Assembly: GCA_965235115.1 (NCBI GenBank) | Contig: OZ249436.1 | Coordinates: 5,396,001 to 5,460,000 of the forward strand | Reading direction: 5' to 3' | Length of the DNA stretch: 64,000 nt | Source: Laetmonice hystrix | Lineage: Eukaryota | In this document: positions 37,401 through 47,000 of the stretch, piece by piece | How the letters are laid out: each line of letters begins with the position of its first letter | Position numbering within the stretch: position 1 is the stretch's first letter | Notes under the pieces: generated by a model | Told to the model about the DNA's origin: nothing | The model's input: the letters and a program-made list of their open reading frames with translations, nothing else | The model's database searches: none | Program-made: the position numbers and the translations under genes

Positions 37401-40400
37401 TTATTATTATTATTACCGGTAGATATTCTGGTTGATATGAGAACTAGATTATCCTAGATTAGATATTCTGGTTGATATGAGTACTAGATTATCCTAGATT
37501 AGATATTCTGGTTGATAGGAGTATTGATTATCCTAGATTAGATATTCTGGTTGATATGAGTATTGATTATCCTAGATTAGATATTCTGGTTGACATGAGT
37601 ACTAGATTATCCTAGATTAGGTATGAGTACTAGATTATCCTAGATTAGATATTTTGGTTGATATGAGTACTAGATTTTCCTAGATTAGATATTCTGGTTG
37701 ATATGAGAACTAGATTATCCTAGATTAGATATTCTGGTTGATATGACTATTGATTATCCTAGATTAGATATTCTGGTTGATATGAGTATTGATTATCCTA
37801 GATTAGATATTCTGGTTGACATGAGTACTAGATTATCCTAGATTAGATATGAGTACTAGATTATCCTAGATTAGATATTTTGGTTGATATGAGTACTAGA
37901 TTATCCTAGATTAGATATTCTGGTTGATATGAGTATTGATTATCCTAGATTAGATATTCTGGTTGACATGAGTACTAGATTATCCTAGATTAGATATGAG
38001 TACTAGATTATCCTAGATTAGATATTCTGGTTGATATGAGTACTCACGCCATAGTGTCCCTCTTGTCCACCAATGTTCTGAAGTAGTCTGCAAGTCGTTT
38101 TTGCATCAAGGCCAGTCGTAGCCATGCCCGTGCCCGTCCCAGTGGGGTTCTGTGGTGAGACAAAAATAGGATGACATGATGTTGTTATCAGTTATACCTA
38201 CTTCTACATGATAAATAAACATGTAAACGATCAGAAATATTCTGGTATAAACTTAGGTTCTTTAAATAACAACCCACTGACCATCATTCATGGCAGGGTT
38301 TCCTGCACACCCTTTTTTTTGGAGGGGGAGACTCCCCTCCCCCCCATTATTCAGCTACTCCCCCCAAAAAAATTTCCAGGGGAGAATATTTTGCATTACT
38401 TTCTCCCCCCCCCCCCAAACTCGCAGCATTCCCCCCCAAAAGTCGAAAATCTCCAGGAAAGCCTGCATGTTAACTTAAACCCCACGAAATCTGGTCGGAA
38501 GTAAAGATCTATCACTATCCCTGGCCCTGACCTTACCCCTAACCCCAACACCGGTCCCTAGACCTCTCAAAAACATATCCCTATCCATATCCCTGACCTT
38601 ATCCCTAACCCCTACCGAAAAATTTTGTAGGGAAGTTACCATGAATTAATAACCAACCTGTTGGACATTATTCTACTAAACAGATACTTTCTAAACAATC
38701 CGATACTTTAAACCATAACAAATACATCGATTTATCATCGCTTCAATCCAGACACTTACTTGATGTTTGGCATCTCCCGTACACTTGTGGTGATATCGAC
38801 AGCGTCTGGCATCAACTTTTCCACCTGTTCTAACACTGCCCAAAACTCACGTTTATCTCGTAGGATTCCTTTCTTTGCTACAAGTAAACAGACAAGGGTG
38901 AAAAAAATAATAGGACTTCATAAATAATCTCTCCGATCAACTGCAGTATTCTACAACAGTCACTGAGAAACATCCCTTCTCATACTTCATAAAGACAATT
39001 TTTTTAAAAATTCTCAACTTGAGTAAAGCTTACTTAAGTAAACTAACAGGCTTCTGATTGGCAGGTCCGCTTAGGTCTTGTAAAAACTAGGCCATGATTT
39101 TTATGCACACTTGAATGAGTAGAAATCGGACTCTATGGAGGTACTGGCCAACTGTCGTTTAACATTTTACCGATCAGAAAGTTCTTGTAAACTCACGTTT
39201 AATGCCGTGCCGTAGAACATGCTCGAGAACCACAAAGAACTGTTGAAGTGGAACATGGTCATCGTCCAGCATTCGTCCATGTGACAGTGAGGAATCGATG
39301 AGTTCTTTCACCACCAGTTTACTCACATTGAGTAGGTTGGCTCGTTCTATCACAATCGGGTCTCGACCTGTGCAACACAAAACTGTACATGTCATCTCAC
39401 ACAATCGGGTCTCGACCTGTACAACACAAAACTGTACATGTCATCTCACACAATCGGGTCTCAACCTGCACAACACAAAACTGTACATGTCATCTCACAC
39501 AATCGGGTCTCAACCTGCACAACACAAAACTGTACATGTCATCTCACACAATCGGGTCTCGACCTGTACAACACAAAACTGTACATGTCATCTCACACAA
39601 TCGGGTCTCGACCTGTGCAACACAAAACTGTACATGTCATCTCACACAATCGGGTCTCAACCTGCACAACACAAAACTGTACATGTCATCTCACACAATC
39701 GGGTCTCGACCTGTGCAACACAAAACTATGTCATCTCACACAATCGGGTTTCGACTTGTACAACACAAAACTGTACATGTCATCTCACACAATCGAGTCT
39801 CGACCTGTGCAACACAAAACTATGTCATCTCACATAATCGGGTCTCGACCCGTACAACACAAAACTGTACATGTCATCTCACACAATCGAGTCTCGACCT
39901 GTGCAACACAAAACTATGTCATCTCACACAATCGGGTCTCGACCTGTGCAACACAAAACTATGTCATCTCACACAAGGCTGATTCTGCCTTATAGTTCAA
40001 CTTCCACGTGTTACATGGTAAAAAAAGAGGTCAGAGGGAGGTGCGTGCACAACTGAGGAACCACATTTCGACGGCTTCTTCCCCAGAAATACAAGAGTAT
40101 GTGCAGAAAAAGTCATGTTGTTCTTCTCTATCCGACATTATCGGCCCAACGGTACAGGTTCTTCCCCATGATAACTTTCCACGAAATGTTTGAGCAGGGG
40201 TTAGGGTTAAGGTCAAGGATAGGGATAGGGATAGGGATAGGATAGGGATATGTTTTTGGCTGGTGTAGGGACTGGGGTTAGGGGTTAGGGATAAGGTTAG
40301 GGCAATGGATCTTTACTTTCCACCAAATTTCGTGCCCTGTAGCGGGTACGGTTTGAACAATTTGGTTTGGAAGCATTCATTTCAAAGGTAGCTGTTATAT

Positions 40401-43400
40401 GTACGAATGTACAGGTGTAGTAAATCAATGATGTCACAACAATGGTACCCAGTGGCTGCCTTCTGAGGCTTCTCTAACTGTTCGACAGGTGGACGTGGAG
40501 CAGCATCTTGTACAGTCGATTTACTCCATTACAGTTCTTTTAATAACCTCAGAAGGGAAGAATAAAGGATGATGGACATATATCGCTCATCATTGCATGG
40601 TAACTGTTCCGTTATCTTCGTCATGGAGATAAATGCATTATATTTTGGGTATCTATAATTCATAATGTTATGTCATGTGTAAACACTACTAAGGCTGTGC
40701 AACCAATGGCGTTTACAAAAAGAAGCCTTATATGGGCTTTTTCCATAGACTACTACTATTTAGAGTTTGGGCAGTAGCCTACAAGAAGAAGCCTTATATG
40801 GTCCGTTTTCTCTGACACAACGGGCTTTTTCCATATACTACTTCAAACCTATTTACAGCTCCGGCAGTACAAGAAGAAGCCTTATATGGTCCGTTTTCCC
40901 TGACACAACGGGCTTTTCCCATATACTACTTCAAACCTATTTACAGCTCCGGCAGTACAAGAAGAAGCCTTATATGGTCCGTTTTCTCTGACACAACGGG
41001 CTTTTTCCATATACTACTTCTAATCGTTCTCTACCTTAGCACAGAGAGGGCAGCATCCGGTGCTGTCATTCGTTGAAAACTATACCCGGGTCACCAGAGA
41101 ACAGTCTAACACTAACAGCTACTGTGTACATATTTACTCAATCGACTTCTGTTATATCTTTTATAAGTAATATGTCATTATCTATTTCTCCACATGATCT
41201 ATTAGTTCTAGTTGTATTCAACAATGAAATATCCCGCAAGTATTTCAAACTGCTGCTTACTTATAATAATGTGATGCAATGCTCTCTCTTTACAATCATT
41301 TTCTGCCAGAAGATTTGTTCAGGTATTGTAGTGATCCTGTTATAGAGTCTGTTCGCTCTAAGAAGAGCTCGACCTCAGTTTCATTAAAGCTTTGACCTGC
41401 CCCCCTCCTCCCGTCTACAGCTGGCGTATCACAAGTCATCACCAAGGACCCCATCAATGACAAGAGAGAACTCTCACGCACCTACTGGTGCCGATGCTTC
41501 CCGGGAAAAATCTAAAACCTGACTTCTTCCTTGACTTGTGCATATTTTACTATCCTTCTGTCCATCCTTCTATTATAGGAGGCCACGGCAACTATAGCAG
41601 CCACTGTATGGTTACCATGGCAACATACCCAACTGGCACCATGCAGAGTGTATACTTTGCACTATTGTAGAGTGTGACATTGACATAGCGGCATAGCGCT
41701 GGCAGTTATGCTGCAGCCAATACCGGTAAATGGCAAGGACGTGGTTGACAAAAAACAAAAACAAAAAAACGGGCCAGGATAAACAAGTATGTCATTGCGC
41801 AGTCCGTACTCCCTCCGTGGGTCCTGCGAATCATATTTACAGATCAAATAGGAACCGTTTCTGTTTAGCGGTGAGGATAAAACGGATATATATCTTTAAG
41901 GTCATATTATATGGATATAAAGGTCGCGACCAAGGACCTGATGTTCGTAGTTCGGGAGGGGGCTGGAGCAAAACTCTTCAAGATAAAGCCGCGCAAAAAA
42001 GGTTTCTGATCATATAAAGTCCCTTCCAGTTACTTTTATATTATGCACATATATTTTTGCATTTCGATTAGACACACCAGCAAAAATTCAGTTTGAAAAG
42101 TTTCCCACCAGTTACTGCGAATAAAGAAATGGGGGTCTCCCTTCCAATTACATTTGTATGTATGAAACACATCTGCCGCATTACCACTATTCACTGCTGT
42201 ATAATAGATTACCGTAATTAGGGCCGAGGGACAGACATTGGTCATTTGGTATTGATTGATGTAACAAATCACAACAGCTCACTGAGATCAGACACTGGAG
42301 GCCACAATGTAACAGTTCTTCTAAATGGTGGATCTTTATTGAATATTTTTAAAATCAGTCAGGGGAACCTTCATACCCCTTACCTCCCCATCACTTGGAT
42401 CTCCCCCTTGGCAGACCCATTATCATAGGGAATAAACTTAGCTTTACAGTAACTGTAATCCCTTTAAAAATAATAATTAAAAACAAACAAAGACTGGACG
42501 TTTTCAAATACAGTAACAAGTTCTTGTTCTTAAAATACTGATGCAAAGACACTGATTCTGCATTCACACACTTGCCTTTTTTTCTAAGTAAAAGCAATCA
42601 GCAGACATGAATTTTATACAAGTGAATGTTTAACATGTCTGGGTAGTGACAGGTCATGTATAAAAGGCTGTGTTTATGTTTGCGATGCAGTGATCTCCAC
42701 TTTATGGTACCAAGTGAATGTTTAATAGGTCAGGGTAGTGACAGGTCGTGTATAAAAGGCTGTGGTTATGTTTGCGATGCAGTGATCTCCACTTTATGGT
42801 AGCAAGTGAATGTTTAACATGTCTGGGTAGTGACAGGTCATGTATAAAAGGCTTTGTTTATGTTTGCGATGCAGTGATCTCCACTTTATGGTAGAACGTG
42901 AACGTTTAATAGGTCAGGGTAGTGACAGCTCATGTAAAACGGCTGTGGTTATGTTTGCGATGCAGTGATCTCCACTTAATGGCAGCAAGTGAATGTTTAA
43001 TAGGTCAGGGTAGTGACAGGTCATGTATAAAAGGCTGTGTTTATGTTTGCGATGCAGTGATCTCCACTTTATGGTACCAAGTGAATGTTTAACATGTCTG
43101 GGTAGTGACAGGTCATGTATAAAAGGCTGTGTTTATGTTTGCCATGCAGTGATCTCCACTTTATGGTACCTCCTGACAGTAAGTAGTATATGAAGACTGA
43201 ATTTGGTCTGCCACACCCCCTATTATCACCCTGGTGGTAGGAGAGACCCGGATAGACTTACCATCCTCCGTCATCATAGACTGAGTCATGGATGTGACCA
43301 TGTCGAGTTGTACGTCAGTCAGTTCTCGCAGACACAACCAGTCTCCATCGACAGAAACACGGAAATTACACAAATATATCGTCTCCTCGGCCATGGCTGG

Positions 43401-43988
43401 TTGCCGTGGTCACAAGCCTCACTCTGGTGGGAAGGTTGAGCCAGATATATGATGGCTGCCAATACATCAAACGGTAATCCACAGGTGAAAATGAGATTAT
43501 CCTGGGCTGGTGGGGCTAGGGGGAAGATTCGAACGAGGCAGGATGATACTGCACCTCTTCCATTCCCATCTTGCCGATCACTTCATCAGGAGTCAGCTCC
43601 CAGCATATGTTTTGTTCTGACTGCCTGGATTCAGCCGGCTGAGTCAGACAGGGGTATGTGGCCTACCCGAAAATAGTGCCCTCACATGATCTGAGGCTGG
43701 GAGGGGGTGGGCGTGTCAGCTCACTTCTATCGTCCTCAAATATTGGCTTCTATACCTGATGGTGGATAGGGTGAATAAATGATATGGGTCAACTGGCCAC
43801 GTTAGAGTGCTGCACAGCCACAGGATCTGATGCACCGACAGAGGTACTAGGACTTGCTACTAGCAGGAAATGCACAAAACGAGGCCGCTGGCTAGCTGCC
43901 TGCTGCTGCCTGCTGCTGCTGCTGCGGCTGCTGCTGCTGCTGCTGCGGCTGCTGCTGCTGCTGCTGCGGCTGCTGCTGCTGCTGCTGC

Positions 43989-44039
<51 letters not shown>

Positions 44040-47000
44040 CCCACTCTCTATACTACAACCAGCGGCTCGACCATGCTCCCATCTTCACCCTCAGAGCCAC
44101 CATCCCTAGGATGCTATAGGAAAACACTCGGGTGCCCACCCCCAACCCGTGGACAGGGAGAGAGACGGGAGGGTAGGGCGGGGAATCATGCTGTAACTAA
44201 GGCGTGATGATCGGCTGGTTGTGGACTTTACCAGTTCCATTGATCGGCGCAGCAGCCAGAGCAGCCGCAGCAGCAATATCAGCAGCAGCAGCAGCTCATG
44301 TAATATCCAAACAGCCCAAACAATTAAACTGCTGCTCTTGGCCAGGCATCCCGCCAGCGACGACAGATAATGTCTCTAACTGTGGATTAATAGGGTGGAA
44401 CTAGTACACCACAAGGGTCGGAGTACTAAAGTACAGAATACCCCGGGTACCTTTCTTTTTTAATAATTAACCCTGTAAGGACTGTATAAAGAGGTCAACC
44501 ATTGAAAAAAGTTATAAAGTATCATTTCCTCCTCCGTATCTGGCATATCTTTAGCATCAGCGGATCCAGGATTTGGGAACGGGGGAGGTCATGCGCCGGT
44601 TCCACTCTCCACTTTTAACATTTTTTCTGATTTTTAACAACACCCGATTCAGTGACTTTTCAATGGCCTTGCTCTAATGTAACCATACCACACATGTACT
44701 GTTTCCAGTATGGGTTTCACGTGTTTACATGTACGACAGTGGGCAGGCATCAGCCACGTGTTGGCTGGCCGGCTGACATTAATTTTTTTAATGTCAAGTA
44801 CCAGTAATCCAGACCGTTATAAGCCATGATGTACCCTCATGTGTGGTCCCTATCTGAAGGTCGATACTAAATTATATCATAGTTTTTTCACCGGATATAT
44901 TCATGATGATGTTGCTATTGCAATATACATCCCTTTCCTGCTGTTAAATATCACGTTATCACAGTGGGGGGTCCAGGATTGTGATAAGGGGGCATGATTT
45001 TATTGTGATTATGGCCATTTTTTGCCCCTTTTGGTCTATTTCAATGCTGCATGGCCCAGAGTTATGTTGCTCCTGGATGACTAAGGAGGCCCTATTGGGT
45101 CCGATGTTACTATCACGTACAATATATAGGAGGTTTTTTTTTTGTTGGAATCCTGGTTTAAGTGTCCGAATAATACATCTTCTTAAAAAGAAGGGGGGAA
45201 GGAAAATTTAAGGGGGGCCGGGCCCCTTGGGCCGCCCCCTGGATCCCCCAGTGGTTATTATTATGAGTAATAATGATTTCATTACATGTACTTCAAGCTA
45301 CATACCGATGCGATGCTTGTTAACTGTAATCTTTGCTATCTGCCTGAGACAGAACTTATCACATCAGGAAATCATGGCTGCAAATTGCATGTCTTTTATC
45401 GACACTGTTAATGATAAATCCCACATAATGATGGCACCATATCTGTAACCGCCAATGTCCCATTTTAAAACTGGTGAGGATCTACATTTTGTAAAATTTC
45501 CTTTGGTAAAAATAGAAAAGTTTTTACTGGGTGGGTGCACCAAGCTGGGCACGTTTACCAAGCCGACACTATTGTGTCCACGTGATTCATCCTTCCATGC
45601 CTGAAGACGATGCCAGATCATGATATACGTCTGATGTTGGTTATCTGCCAGGATTGAGGCCTACTATTACCACACTGTTTGACCCATTACCTACACCTTA
45701 ACCTTAACCTTAACCACCCACACTACCGACACTATTGTGTCCACGTGATTTATCCTCCTAATGCCTGAAGACGATGCCAGATCATGATATACGTCTGATG
45801 TTGGTTATCTGCCAGGATTGGGGCCTACTATTACCACACTGTTTGACCCATTACCTACACCTTAACCTTAACCTTAACCACCCACACTACCGACACTATT
45901 GTGTCCACGTGATTCATCCTCCTAATGTCTGAAGACGATGCCAGATCATGATATACGTCTGATGTTGGTTATCTGCCAGGATTGGGGCCTACTATTACCA
46001 CACTGTTTGACCCATTAACTACACCTTAACCTTAACCTTAACCACCCACACTACCGACACTATTGTGTCCACGTGATTCATCCTCCTAATGTCTGAAGAC
46101 GATACCAGATCATGATATACGTCTGATGTTGGTTATCTGCCAGGATTGGGGCCTACTATTACCACACTGTTTGACCCATTAACTACACCTTAACCTTAAC
46201 CTTAACCACCCACACTACCGACACTATTGTGTCCACGTGATTCATCCTCCCATGTCTGGAGACGATGCCAGATCATGATATACGTCTCATGTTGGTTATC
46301 TGCCAGGATTGGGACCTACTATTACCACACTGTTTGACCCATTCACGTACACCTTAACCTTAACCTTAACCACCCACACTACCGACACTATTGTGTCCAC
46401 GTGATTTATCCTCCTAATGTCTGAAGACGATGCCAGATCATGATATACGTCTGATGTTGGTTATCTGCCAGGATTGGGGCCTACTATTACCACACTGTTT
46501 GACCCATTACCTACACCTTAACCTTAACCTGAACCACCCACACTACCGACACTATTGTGTCCATGTGATTCATCCTCCCATGCCTGAAGACGATGCCAGA
46601 TCATGATATACGTCTGATGTTGGTTATCTGCCAGGATTGGGGCCTACTATTACCACACTGTTTGACCCATTCACGTACACCTTAACCTTAACCTTAACCA
46701 CCCACACTACCGACACTATTGTGTCCACGTGATTCATCCTCCTAATGTCTGAAGACGATGCCACATAATGATATACGTCTGATGTTGGTTATCTGCCAGG
46801 ATTGGGGATACTATTACCACACTGTTTGACCCATTCACGTACACCTTAACCTTAACCTTAACCACCCACACTACCGACAATATTGTGTCCACGTGATTCA
46901 TCCTTCCATGTCTGAAGACGATGCCAGATCATGATATACGTCTGATGTTATCTGCCAGGATTGGGGCCTACTATTACCACAATGTTTGACCCATTACCTA

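Noticed and set aside
43784..44119. Poly-Ala / poly-Leu ORFs (and the poly-Gln ORF at 19235-19447)
   Set aside because: Trinucleotide microsatellite translations with no other coding evidence.
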